Positions 25,679 through 38,400 of a DNA stretch of 64,000 nucleotides are shown in pieces. Every line of letters starts with the position of its first letter. The first letter of the stretch is position 1. Both the position numbers and the translations under genes were made by a program. The notes below the pieces were generated by a model. That model ran no database searches and was not told the origin of the DNA. It saw only the letters and a program-made list of their open reading frames with translations. This DNA is from Malacoraja senta (lineage: Eukaryota): contig CM075977.1 in the NCBI GenBank assembly GCA_038087875.1, positions 132,060,001 through 132,124,000 on the forward strand, given 5' to 3'.

Positions 25679-26844
25679 CTATAATACAAAGTTTACTTTA
25701 CTATTCCTGTGCTTATACCAAAATAACAGTAGTTATGACAGGAAGCGCACCAGTATTCTGGGTATTCATTTTATTTGGATAATTTCATTTGGTATTTTTG
25801 TGTACACGTTTGACTCCCTGAGCTTTAGCCTTGGCAACCTGGTCGAAGCTCTCAGAATTCGGGCAAACGAGTTGGGCCACTATAAAAAGAACTTGCCAAA
25901 TGTGAAAAATTTATCTTGGTGAATTTTTCATGCAAATTGGTTTGGAGACACCTAAACTAATGGATATCTGCACATCAATCATCAGTTGACTAAAGTGAAA
26001 TTGTTATTGCAAGATTCTAGTTACTATGCATTGAACTCCAAGACTATACAAAGAGAGTAAAAGAAAAAATGAGGATTAATGTAAAGCATAACAGCAATGT
26101 TAAATGGCATAAAAATGTAAAATGGTGATCTGGCAAGTAAAGTAACTAAGGTTTGCTAGACTAAATTGTGAAATTATTTTTTTCATTATTTGCTTTGGCT
26201 AGATAGCTTGCCAACTGAACAATTGGTAATTGGTTGAATGTATTCATTACCAAAGTAATTTATCAACTTGGTTATAGATTTGAACCTTTTCATTATTTTT
26301 CTGAAATAATTTACTATGAAAGAAAGACTTGTATTTATATTTCATGACCTCAGGAGTCGCAAAATCTTTTCAGGCAATAAAGTAGCTTGGAAGTGAAGGG
26401 ACAGCAGAAATGCAGGAAATGAAGCAGCCATAAGCTTCCACGAACAACAATGTGGCTGTATCCTTAAAGAGAATGTTACTTTAGTTTCAAGTGATCATAT
26501 GAAAAGCTAAGTACAAAGAAACCATCATAATAATGATCTCCTCCATTACTACAATGTGTAGATTAATAATCTATTTGACAAATATGCACATCGTGCGAGT
26601 GATGAACCACTCGCAATCTCCCATTCTGGTTCATTTCACCTGATGTTGAAGGGTCCCAACTTAAAACATCATCTGACCTTTACCCTCCACAGATACAGGC
26701 TGTCCAGCTGAGTTCCTCCAGCACTTTGATGTTTGCACAGTTCATACCCTTGCTCCCTCAGGTCTTAACTTCAAACTTGACTTTACTCAACATTTGACCA
26801 GTTAACCATCTGTCACTGGACATAGCCACTCTGATCAAGATTAA

Positions 26845-27532
26845 CCAGGAAGGAGATACAAGAGTCTACAGATGCTGGAATTTGAGCAAAAAACAAACTG
26901 CTGGATGAACTATTGCTTATGGTACTCTTTATGTGGACTCCTCTACATCGGCGAGACCAAGCGTAGACTAGGCAACTACTTCGCTGAACACTCCAGGGCC
27001 AGCTGGAGCTTCTGGTTGCAAGGCATTTCAACCCCCCAATTTCAAGTAATACAGCCCATCCTCCACCCCACCACTCTCTTTCCCCTGCCCCCCCCCCCCC
27101 CATCTCAGTATGCACACTTTCTCCTACCAGCTCCCAACCACCCAAGTCACCCTGCTCCTTTGCCCTCCTCCTTATGCACATCATCCGCCCGTCCCAGATT
27201 TACCTTTTATCCTCCCTCTTCCCCCTTCTCTTGTTCCCTTCCACCCCTATCCCTCCCTTTACATTCTACACCTCCTCTTCTTTCCTTACTTGGTCCCCTT
27301 TTGTTTCCACCTCAAGCCTTTGTCAGTTACTTCACCCATCTACCAATCTCCCACCCTCCCCAGTATCCACCTATGACTTGCAAGGCTTTGCTCCACCCAC
27401 ATCTCTCTTTTGCAGCTTTCTACCCCCATTCTATCAGTCTGCGGAAGGGTCCTGACGCAAAGTCACCTGACCGTTCCCTCCATTGATGCTGCCTGACCCA
27501 CTGAGTTCCTCCAGTACTTCGTATTTTGCTCA
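26845..27532 (+). mobile_element. Penelope-like element fragment (GIY-YIG, pyrimidine-rich 3' region, degenerate hammerhead)
   Basis: CGLLYIGETKRRLGNYFAEH. Ends in cagtctgcggaagggtcctgacgcaaagtcacc plus the shared tail. Confidence 0.8.
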
Positions 27533-28801
27533 ATCAGACAGGATCTTGAATTGTTAAACCACGTCTGTTCTCACTTTCAACAATGAGGAGAATATCATGA
27601 CTTGTTTATTCAAGAGATAAAGACCATTTGCTCTGTACCTAATCCCATCCTATTTTCATTGTTCATCATGTCCAAACTCCATTATTTTGATGCCTGGTTG
27701 TACTTTTGTCACATCTGACTCCTTCCCCTACCTGAAACCAATGTCACCCTTATCAACTTCATAAAGGTGACCAGTTCCAGCAAACCACTGACTGAACAGT
27801 CATCCTTCCTGGCTGCCTTGTTGGCCAACTGTTGCATACAGTTCCTTCTTTTGGTAAACAGCCTTAGGCTATTCTCAAAAACTCAACCCTTAAGATGTTA
27901 TTAACAAGATGATTTTCAACATCTTTTTTTTCCTCTCCAAGGACCTTGAATGTTGACCTCTCCATATGGATTTCATCTGTGAGATTTACTCTCCTTCCCC
28001 ATAGCCAACACATTCCTCACCATTGTGTATGACATTGTCTGTGGCTGAGGTCACATCATAATGGCTCTCACTGTCCTCTGTGACCTTCTTTCAGCCTCTG
28101 GCTCAGTTAATCATAATTCTTTTCTCCACTATCTTGCCTAATGAGGCTGACTCCACTGACACCATCGATAGAAAAATTATCTCTTAACAACTGGGGCAAC
28201 TAACTTCAAATGCTGGAAATCTAAAAGCAAAATAAACATTCTGGAAATACCCACAGTACAAGCATTGAGATTAAAATAATTACTGTATCAAGTTATGGAC
28301 CCTTTACAATGCTGCTTATTTATCTGTTAATTGACACACTTTTGCCTGGTGAATACTGGCTGAGCACATACTGAGTAGCATTTTTGTTTTTTTATTACCC
28401 CGAACAATTTTTTCCCTGTATTTTTGTGCCCTCCATTCTGTCTTTTGATAGCATTGTTAAAAATGACCAATGAACGTGTGGTGACAAAGAGTTGAGTTCA
28501 GTCTGAGGTCAACCTCCATCATGTTGTGTCGCCGAACTGATGTATTGAATGTTATCAACTCAGAACAGATCTGGCAGCTGAGAACTGGGGCATGGCAGAA
28601 CATCACGAGCAAACTTTATACCATCCAAATCTGTGACCCCATAGCTTGACCTATTTGTCACTCCATTACTATTAAGCCATTGAACTCTGGTTCAATGTGG
28701 AGGATAGAAGAGTACGCGGGGAAGGAGTTCCAGGGATATCCTAATCTGATGATGTACAACAGCATTACTTGTATGCTGACTTGTGCCACTTAACAGAGTT
28801 A

Positions 28802-29551
28802 AGGGCCTGTCCCACTTAGGCGACTTTTTAGGCGACTGCAGGAGACTATGCAGTCGCCATATGGTTGCCACATGTTCGCGGGTGGTTGCCGGGGAGTCGC
28901 CTTCATGGTCGTGAGGAGTTCCCGCATTCTGGGAACTGTTCGCGGCCTCATTATGTTGAAAAATTAGCGGCGACTAGAATGAAGCCGCCATGGAGAGTAG
29001 CGAGAATTCTCAAGCAGTAGGTGGGTCGCCAGGGGGTCCTAGTGGGTTGTCAAAGGTTCTCGTAGGTTCTCGTAGGTTGTAGCCGGTGCTGACCAGTGAA
29101 TTTCATTGGCTCAGGGGGGAAAAAAAAGTATGCAGTAGTTTTCGGAACCAAGGATAACCGGCCGGTAATGTTAAATATCCGCCGAGCTTCACAGCCGTAT
29201 ATCTCTGGCTTCTTAAAAGTTGTCTCCACTCCTTCTCCCCCCTCTCCCCCTCTCTTTTAAAGGACTTACCGAACACTGTGCTTTAGCCATCTTTTTACAA
29301 CGCCAACCTTCCTGTTCATCGCGGTGTGTGTCTGTATCACCTTGGCTTTGCGCCGTGTGAATGTTTTAGACAGGGCAAGCGGGGGGAGCGCTGTCTAAAA
29401 AATTCACACGGGCTGGTGAAGGAAGTGATGTATTTGTGTGTGTGTTCCACTCTGACAGTCGCTGTTCCAGTTCCCGGTTTTTCAGGCGGCTGCCGGCAAC
29501 TTGACAGTTGCCGGCAGTCCGCTGAAAAACCGCCTAAGTGGGACAGGCCCA
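28802..29551 (+). mobile_element. Non-autonomous PIF/Harbinger-like MITE, copy 1
   Basis: TIR gggcctgtcccacttaggcg ... cgcctaagtgggacaggccc; TWA flanks; subterminal GGCGAC/GTCGCC repeats. Confidence 0.85.
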
Positions 29552-30520
29552 TAAAGCGACCTCACAATCAGGTTAACAGATTAAAACTCGCATACCTGAT
29601 TGTGAATGTTTGTGAACAACTAAAGGGAGAAGAAGTATCCAAGAAAATGCTGAAAAATTCACAACCATGTTCGGCCAGAAATACTGCAGAGGTTACCCAT
29701 CCCAACTTCTTCCTGAGATCCCCACCATCACCGAAGCCTGTCTTCAGCCAAGTCAAATCACTCCACGTGATAGAAAGAAACAGCTAAGAACATGATTATA
29801 GGAAAGTCTACTGGACCAGATAACATTCCAGCTATAGTACTGATGACCTATATTCCAGAACCAGTTGCACCTCCAGTCATCCTGTCCCATTACAGTTATA
29901 ATAGAGACAGAAGAGATTGAAGAAGCTGGAAGCTTTTACAATTAACAAACCACTGGGGGAACTCTGCAGTAATGGTCCAGACCCAAACATTGTCTTTCCA
30001 TTTCCCTCCCCTGATGTTGCCAGACCCGCTGAGTTCCTCCAACATTTATTTTTTTACCACAGTACATCTACAACATTGGCATCTAATCAACAACATGAAA
30101 AATTGGCCAGGAACTGCTTCCAGTTCACAAAAAGCAGGAAAAATCCAATGAGTTCACTCTTAATCATCAGCAAAGTAATAGAAGCTGTTGACCGCAGTAT
30201 TATCAAGCAACACATATTCATCAGTAACTAATTCATTTACCCCAATTTGGGTTATATCAGAACCACTCAGATCCTTTCAACATCACAGCTTCAGTGCAAA
30301 CATAGACCAAAGAGCTGAATTCCAGAGTTGATGTGGGACTGACTGTCCTTAACATCAAGGTAGCACATTACTAAGTGTGGCATCAAGGTGCTTGGGTAAA
30401 ATCTGGTCAATTAAATTTAAGGAAAAAAAACTAAAGTGATTTGAATTATATTTTACACAGAGCAAAATGGTTGTTGCTGTTGGAAATCATTCATCCCAGC
30501 CCCAGATCATTACTCCAGGA

Positions 30521-30720
30521 TTTGTGGAATTCTCTGCCTGAGAAGGCAGTGGATGCATTCAAAAGAGAGTTAGATAGAGCTCTCAGGGCTAGCGGAATCA
30601 AGGAATATGGGGAGAAGGCAGGAACAGGGTACTGATTGTGGATGATCAGCCATGATCACATTGAATGGCGGTGCTGGCTCAAAGGGCCGAATGGCCTACT
30701 CCTGCACCTATTGTCTATGT
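30521..30720 (+). mobile_element. CR1 3' end fragment
   Basis: Matches the 3'UTR of the 21524-23118 copy. Confidence 0.85.
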
Positions 30721-30906
30721 AACTGTCTACTTAGATCTGATTAGCTCTGCTACTTCCTTGTTTCTCATAGACCAGCCTCTTTCTCTAAAAGGCTTACTTG
30801 CTATAAAATAAATTAAATGCTACTCACCTCTCCAAAAAAACACTGCTCCATGAAGATGCTAATATAATTGTGCTTACCATTGTTTCTTTAGGCACTCTTG
30901 CACTAA

Positions 30907-31650
30907 TGGGCCTGTCCCACTTGGGCGATTTTTCAGGTGTCTGCCAGCGACTGTCAAGTTGCCGGCAACTGGAACGGCGACTGTCAGAGTGGAACACACA
31001 CAAACACATCGCAAAGCTGAGGGACAGGGCAAGCGGGGGGGGCGCTTTCTGAAATTCACACTGTGCAAAGCCAAGGTGATAGACACTCACTGCAATGAAC
31101 AGGAAGGTTGGCGCTGTAATTAAGACGGCTAAAGCACAGTGTACGGTAAGTCCTTTAAAGGAGGGGGATAAGGAGAGAGAAGGAGTGGAGACAACTTTTA
31201 AGAAGCCAGACAACTTTTAATAAGCCAGAGATACACAGCTGTGAAGTTCGGCGGACATTTAACATTGTCGTCGGTTATCCTTGGTTCTGAAAACTACTGC
31301 TTACGTTTTTTTTCCCCCAATGAGCCAATGAAATTCACCGGTCAGCACCGGCTACAACCTACAAGAACCTAAGAGAACCTTCGAACTCCTGTCAACCCAC
31401 TAGGACCTCCTTGCAACCCACCTACGGCACGAGAATTCTCGCTACTCTCCAGGGCGGCTTCATTCTAGTCGCAGCTAATTTTTCAACATGTTGAAAAATT
31501 CAGTGACCATAATGAGGCCGCGACCAGTTCCCAGAATGCGGGAACTCCTCACGACCATGAAGGCGACTCCCCGGCAACCACCCGCGAACATGTGGCGACT
31601 GCATAGTCTCCTGCAGTCGCCTAAAAAGTCACCTAAGTGGGACAGGCCCA
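30907..31650 (-). mobile_element. Non-autonomous PIF/Harbinger-like MITE, copy 2 (inverted)
   Basis: TIR tgggcctgtcccactt ... aagtgggacaggccca; TSD TAA at 30904-06 and 31651-53; body is the reverse complement of copy 1. Confidence 0.88.
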
Positions 31651-32050
31651 TAAGGCACCCAGTAGACTCTCAAAGAGAAAATGTGTGGCAAGTATCTCTC
31701 CATTTATATGTCTGCAATGGGGGAGATCTATCCGCAGAGATTGGCAGATGTGTGATGTGCTCCTTCTGCTGTGTTTGATGTTCTCACGCCTACAAAAATC
31801 TAGTTTTTTCTGGGGTAACGTAAATCAATCTTACAGAGTTGAATCCAGCCATCTGCATCAAGCATTTAATTATTTTGATCCTTGAATAATACAAAAAATA
31901 TTTCTTGAAAATTTCTAATGTAATGCATTTTTTTTAGTTTTCCTTGATTCAAATACCAGCATTATAGCACCGTGTATTATAAAGTGATGTGATACAGATT
32001 CAATCCTCTTGTGAATGGGAACCGGATAGAACGTGAATAATTCCCTTTCA

Positions 32051-32228
32051 GGTAGACAAAAATGCTGGAGAACTCAGCGGGTGAGACAGCATCAAATGAG
32101 CGAAGGAATTGGCGACGTTTCAGAAAAGTCGCCTATTCCTTCGCTCCATAGATGCTGCCTCACGCGCTGAGTTTCTCCAGCATTTTTGTCTACCTTCGAT
32201 TTTTCCAGCATCTGCAGTTCTTTCTTAA
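32051..32228. repeat. Palindromic Penelope-derived repeat (core deleted)
   Basis: Inverted arms aggtagacaaaaatgctggaga / tctccagcatttttgtctacct. Confidence 0.78.
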
Positions 32229-33064
32229 AAAATTCTCTTTCAGGCATTATTTGGAATCTGGATGGAGAACCACCCAAAACATTGTTATGGATTTTATCAA
32301 AGTGGCAAAGACCTGAACATGTCTCTGACTTATCCACAGCTGGTCTATGGCTTCTGAAGTTGGAAAAGGCTGAATTGGCTTTAATTTATATCAGAACAAT
32401 CTGCTGACACAGTAAAGGCCTCAACACATTAATACCCTCTGTCATTATTGCCAAATCAATCAATTCATCTTTGTTGAACAAAATATTTTTCCATTGCCAG
32501 TGCCAACTAGTACTATATCCAAAAACCTATAATGTTAATTGTACATGATTTATTGCTGCACAATTAATCTCCCAGTGTTCCCACATATGGAATATTGTAT
32601 TCTAATTATGCACTTAAAAAATACATGAGACGCTACTTTTTATCCCCATTGGAGGCTTCTGTTCATCAGCATATTAAAATGCTAAGCCACGAGTACACAT
32701 TTAAGTCCAAAGTCAGTGACGGATTCTAGGTATTTTACCAATCGTTAACCAATTTCCGTTCTTTTCCTTATTGATTGATTATTCCTTTACCCAGCCATGA
32801 CAACTGCTGAATTTTTGGACAAGTATAATAAAGTTTGCCAACCTAAATTAATAACAGAATATAACGAGAGAATAGGAGCATTATTTTTTCAACAACTTTT
32901 CAAATTTCTGAAAGATTTAGCTATCTCTCCTATGTAGATCGTTAAGGTAAAAATTGTTTGATTTTTACATTGATATGCATCTTTTTTTTTTTATGGGATA
33001 ACTGGTCATTTAAAAAAAAAAATTACATGCTAGCCTTTAATGTGATCTCATGTGTGCATATAAA

Positions 33065-33475
33065 TTCACTGGGATTTAGGATGAGAGGGGATCTTATAGA
33101 AACATATAGAATTATTAAGATATTGGGCACGCTAAATGCAGGAAATGTTCCCGGTGTTGGGGGAGTCCAGAACCAGGGGCCACAGTTTAAGAATAAGGGG
33201 TAGGCCATTTAGAACTGAGATGAGGAAAAACTTTTTCACACAGAGAGTTGTGAAATTGTGGAATTCCCTGCCTCAGCAGATAGTGGAGGCCAATTCACTA
33301 GATTCCTTCAAAATAGTTAGATAGAGCTCTTAGGGCTAGCGAAATCAAGGTGTATGGGGAGAAGGCAGGAACGGGGTATTGATTGTGGATGATCAGCCAT
33401 GATTATATTGAATGGCGGTGCTGGCTCGAAGGGCCGAATGCCCTACTCCTGTACCTATTGTCTATGTAGCTATGT
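33065..33475 (+). mobile_element. CR1 3' end fragment
   Basis: ESRTRGHSLRIRG and the 3'UTR. Confidence 0.88.
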
Positions 33476-36064
33476 ATAATTTGTATTTTGCAAAATGCAA
33501 TTTTACAGTTGGAAATTGATCCATTACTGAAGAAATATAAGTAGATGCAGGCCTTTCAAACCCTTATACATTCTCCATTATTCAATGTTCATAACTGATC
33601 TTCCTCCTCAGTGTAATTATCCTGTGCCATGCCCAAAATCATTTGATCCTACATGTAAAAAAACATATCAGTAACTGCACTTTATAAGCCTGACTATCTT
33701 GGGTGATAAATTCAGCAGAAGGAATTTCTTGTATTTAAGTCCTGAATGCCAGCCCATTGTTTTGATACTGTGATTTGGGGAAGTGGACACCCCAGATTAA
33801 TAAAACTTGTATCCTCTATCTTCCAGGACAAGTCCTTTTGATATTTTAAATGTTTCATAAGATTGCCTCTCATTTTTCCAAATTCTACACATTTCAAATG
33901 TCACAGGTCAAATCTGCGAAATCACACATTTTGTAGGAAACCATACATACTACGTGCCAATCTGGTGAAATAGGCCTCTGAGCAAATGTATGCTTCCATT
34001 TGTATTTTCAATGGTGCCACTTATCAACGGACTTTGATATACTACGCTTGATTTTCATCCAATTCATTAATATGACAACTAGGATCCCTACCAAACACTA
34101 GTCATAGCCTCCAGATTCAATAATGCACTGTTTTCCTATTTTCTGATGGTTACCCAATTCTCAATCCATCCCACTGCATTATTCCCTGTGTATAATAATA
34201 TATTTATGACCATCTTATCAGCTTTCTGTAAGGTCCAGAAAACACCACATCTGTTTGTTTGCTCAAGTCTTTTCAGCTAGTTACAACCTCAGGTTGTTTT
34301 TTCTTATTGTAATGACAGCATTGATCCATTAATTTTTCTGAACCTACTGATGTACTAATTATCCACTGTCAATGCTCAGTATCTCCAGGCAATGTGAACT
34401 GGCAGCGCAGAAATGTTTTAAAATATTCTGTCCAAGAGGCTTTTGCTGGATATCTCTGTAAGAATCAGAAACATGAAGCAAGCCACAGATAAATAGTGAT
34501 GTCTAAGCCATCGGTGTTTGATGGGACTACACTAGAGAACTGACAGGACTTCCTCACATGGAAATCCAGAGCCAAAAATTCAGCACTTCTTCACAAGTTG
34601 AAGCACTTTGCAGATTTCTCTGTCACAATCAATGGAATCAAGTGAATCAATGCAAGTTTACTTGCCCTGAAAATATAAATATATTTTTACATGGTCTTAA
34701 TTCGTTTTTCATAATGTATTAAGTTATAGTTTCCGTTTTGTAAATTTATTGCCCCTGAATTATTATTCCATAGTGTATATTTTCTGATATTTTCAGTTTA
34801 ATTTATTTTAGAATTATTTCTACATTTGTTTTGATATTGCACCTGTGCATGTACCAATCTGCATCATTGAGTTAATTAGATTTTTGTGGACTGCTATTAT
34901 CAAGATTAGATGGAACAGTGCCACTTTGCTGCTTTGTTCTCGGTTATCTGTGAAAGGAAGTGTGAGATGGAGAAAGCCATCTGACACTTCCACTCACACC
35001 TATACTCCAGAAACAGCCAATACAATTAAGGCTAACAAATTAATAAAATAACATAAATGTATGTTAGTGTAAGAAAGAGAATTAGGTAGATAGAATCGAG
35101 GGGTATGTCTGAAGATCCTTGAAATTGGACAAATACAGTAATGGTACATGGGAAGATTTGCAATTTGCAAATGCAAAATATGTTTTACATATGCAATTAC
35201 GTTCTAAGAGCAAAGAAAATACAAATGTTTCAGGTAACTCACATCCTGAATTATGGCCAGTGATTCTTTATGTCTGTTATTTAAACAGATTTTTATAAAT
35301 ACCTTAAAATCATAAAAATATATTGAAAACGTCATACCTTATCCAGCTCTGTTCCAGAGTGTGCTTAACAGAATCATTTCGAATGAACATTAAACAACGA
35401 GAGACCAACTGAAGAAATGGTAAAGCCAGACAAATAAGGACAGGAAGGAATAGGTGTTGTAATGAGTGGAAAACACTAACATTTAAATAAAATCACCACC
35501 AGTTATTAATCTGATCTCCTGTGTGATATTCAGCTACCTTGAGAATACGGGGAAAAAGTTCCAATAAATGTTGTGGGAGAGTGTCTTTTTTCCAACAGTG
35601 ATAAATTTCCACAAGCATTTTTATTTTGATTTCCTGCTCAGGTAAACTTTAGATACATAGTGTGGTGTTGCATAGTTCAGGAAACCACAATTTGTGAAAT
35701 AATTAATCATAGAATCCATGTTCACCAAACCTTGTTGAAATAATATGTTTAAGTTCCATGTCCCCAGTGCCAGTAATGGCTTCACATTTACCGAAATGCC
35801 CAAAGTGCTAATTTAAGATCAATATTTTTGTAATATGAAAAAAAAGTTGTCTGGCAATTTCCTGGCCTTAAAAGGGAAAGTGACACCATCGCATCGGGTT
35901 ATTCCAGAGTGCCGTGCTCTTTAATTTTGTCTCCAGTTGGATAAAAGAGTGGGGGGCTCGGTTGCAGGACAGCAACTTAAGACAAAATGAGAATAAATAA
36001 TGGAGCAGGTAGTCGTCTGACAAGTATAAAGGTAAGCGAGTTAAATGCCGCATTTTCCACTCAC

Positions 36065-36202
36065 CGATGACAACTGTGCCATTCCCATGAGTAACGAGGC
36101 CGGCTTGGAAGGAAGTCAGCTGTGCCTTGGTTCTTCACTCTCTGCGGGAATCTCAGCAGAACCCTCATATCATAGTCCCTGACGCTCCCACTGTAGGCTG
36201 AA
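36065..36202 (-). CDS. LOX: LOX exon 3 (SAY...[32 protein letters not shown]), 138 bp
   Basis: tgttgcag| acceptor, CG|gtgag donor; first half of the copper-binding motif. Confidence 0.96.
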
Positions 36203-37061
36203 CTGCAACACATCAATGGAGACACAGAAAGAAGCATCATTTTCACGTTTAAAATGCAAAACTCGGGTACCTTAAAGTCAAACAGATACAAGAGTTATAT
36301 CAGTGATCTGTCTACTGCAAGCTCGCCAAATTGGCAAGAGTTCTCCTGGACAAAGCCCAACATATTAATAATTATAACCTGTATTCAAAGTTCAATTAGT
36401 GCTATTGTTTTTATTTCCACATTAGCAGGATTATTTAACGCAAATCCTCTTTATTTCACAGCTCTAAATTTTCATTTGTGTAATTTAGATGAATTAAAAA
36501 GAAAAAATATTCAAAACCCATTAGGGGTTTAGACATCCCAAACCATCTGAGAGAAATAGGATTTTGTTTCAATAAAACTCGTAAAAACAAGGAGGGGGCG
36601 CTGCGCCAGCACGAACACATTTATCATGAATCCCAGGATGGATATGATATTTCTCAGAAACTAATCCACCGGAGACAGTAATAATCCAGTGATTTCTGCA
36701 CGGTTGCATTTCTCCTACTCCAGCTGTGGTGCCAAAACCTTTATTCTTGCCCCCTTGACTCTGGAATCAAGCAAGATTCAGTATCTGACTTTACATTACG
36801 AGGCTATAGTGTTTTCAAACAATTCGTATCCACGTTGCAGTTGTTGCATAAATACAGGTTAGGCCGCCTAACTGACAAATCTGGGACTTTCACAATATGC
36901 ATTTTAATTATCATGTCTGCAAACTCTTTAGTTTGGTGGGGTTGGGTCGGGAATTATATGCTTGAGTAGCTTCAGGGGTAGTTGTAACGCGAAGAAAGAA
37001 AACGAGTTAATATAACGATGTAAGAATGAACAGCACCTGGTTCTGATTATGTAGACTGTAC

Positions 37062-37170
37062 CTTGCCAAGCAATTTTCCTCTGCAGCGCATCTGAGGTTG
37101 TACATGTGCATCTTCTGAACGTATGTTGCAGCTTGAATATAGTACGGATCTGGGATTAAATCTGGCAAAC
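37062..37170 (-). CDS. LOX: LOX exon 2 ([13 protein letters not shown]...[10 protein letters not shown]), 109 bp
   Basis: Canonical ag/gt boundaries, phase-consistent, conserved LOX catalytic-domain sequence. Confidence 0.96.
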
Positions 37171-37325
37171 CTACAGATTCAAACATCAATGCACGATTTA
37201 ATTGAGATTCGTATTAGTCATACAAGAACAAACGCGGCGATTGTGAGTTTGTTTCCAATCAACTGCTGTTCCCATTCAGATTTTGTTTTTTAAATAAACT
37301 TTTTTTTCCTCAGTTTCAAACTTAC

Positions 37326-38025
37326 CATTTTGGAAGTACCGGGTACCATAGCCGGGTCTGCGGGGTCTCACCCTGGGCCTCTCATACGTGTCGTGGTAAT
37401 TGTAGTAGGGGTTGTCGTCCGTGCGCTTATAGGGGTCGTAGGGGTCGTCCCCGACCATGATGTCCTCATTGCCGATCCCCCGGCTGGACGTGTTCCGCTG
37501 GGCCGTGGGGCTCTCTCTGACATTGCTCTGCTCCCTCTGCTCCACACCGGCCTCGGCTCCGACTGGCTCCGAGTTTCCCCGAGAACTGGGTCTGGGGTCA
37601 TTGCTACCTGAGCTCTGCTGCCACTGACTGGCATCTGTCCGCCTGGCACCGGACTGGCGCTGTCGGGCTCGGGTGGAGGACGCGCCTGCCCGGTGTCTGT
37701 CTGCTCGGGCTCCAGAAGGAGTTAGCGGGGAGTGAGCTGGGGGAGAGGGTCTCCGTCTGGCCCCGCCGCCGCCCGCTGTGCTGTTGGTGTCACTCAGCAG
37801 GAAGAGGCTGTTGCTGCCGCTGGAGCCCTGAGGCGGCTGGTACTCGGAGCCCAGGCTCGACAAGCTATAAACGCGCCCGTTATTTGTCCATTGAATCCGC
37901 CGACGCCAAACTGCCGAGCTCTCGCCTTCCCGCCTCTGCTGTTGCTGCTGCTGCTGCCGCTGCTGCCCGTCTACATCTGCAAGCAGGCAAGTCAAATAAA
38001 GACCAAAAAGCTTCACTAAATACAT
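37326..38025 (-). CDS. LOX: Lysyl oxidase exon 1 (signal peptide, propeptide, BMP1 site MVG/DD); start ATG 38025, alternative in-frame ATG 38043
   Basis: Hydrophobic leader, WRRRIQWTNNGRVYSL, MVGDDPYDPYK, NPYYNYHDTYERPR, PGYGTRYFQNG. Donor G|gtaag at 37326/37325. Confidence 0.95.
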
Positions 38026-38239
38026 CGACGTCTGATAATTCATCCTTTAAGCGAAAGAGGAGGACAAGATGTGCAATTCCCACAGAAAATTTGCTTTAAA
38101 AAAAGTCCATCAAATATGTTTAAAATGCAGAAGTAAAGTAATACTTCAAAATGTAATGTGTGAATATTTACAACAAAAAAAAGGATTTCAAAAGCTGGCT
38201 TGCCAAAAGTTGCAGCTGTATGGAGTGCCTCTCATTTTC

Positions 38240-38400
38240 TTGGTACTGCCTGGAGTGGAGGAGGAAGGGATTTTAAAGTTGCTCGCACATTAGCAAAGTT
38301 ACACAACCTGCTCCCAGGCTACTCGCTATTTGTTCACGTAATGCCTGGGAACGAACGTGCAGTTTGACAGTCCCTCTCCACTCTCACTCCCTTCCTCCAC
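38240..38400 (-). promoter_or_regulatory. LOX core promoter/5'UTR with hypoxia-response element cores
   Basis: The minus strand reads ATTACGTGAACAAATAGC...TTGTGTAACTTTGC...TTTAAAATC...CACTCCAG, closely resembling the human LOX transcript start as recalled. TACGTG at 38335-38340(-) and ACGTG at 38355-38359(+). Confidence 0.75.

Noticed and set aside
29326-29787. 153-aa ORF as MITE transposase
   Set aside because: It crosses the TIR boundary and has no DDE or Myb motifs.
36586-36604. CTCF-like motif in LOX intron 2 (caaggagggggcgct)
   Set aside because: Only the 3' half matches; too weak without binding data.
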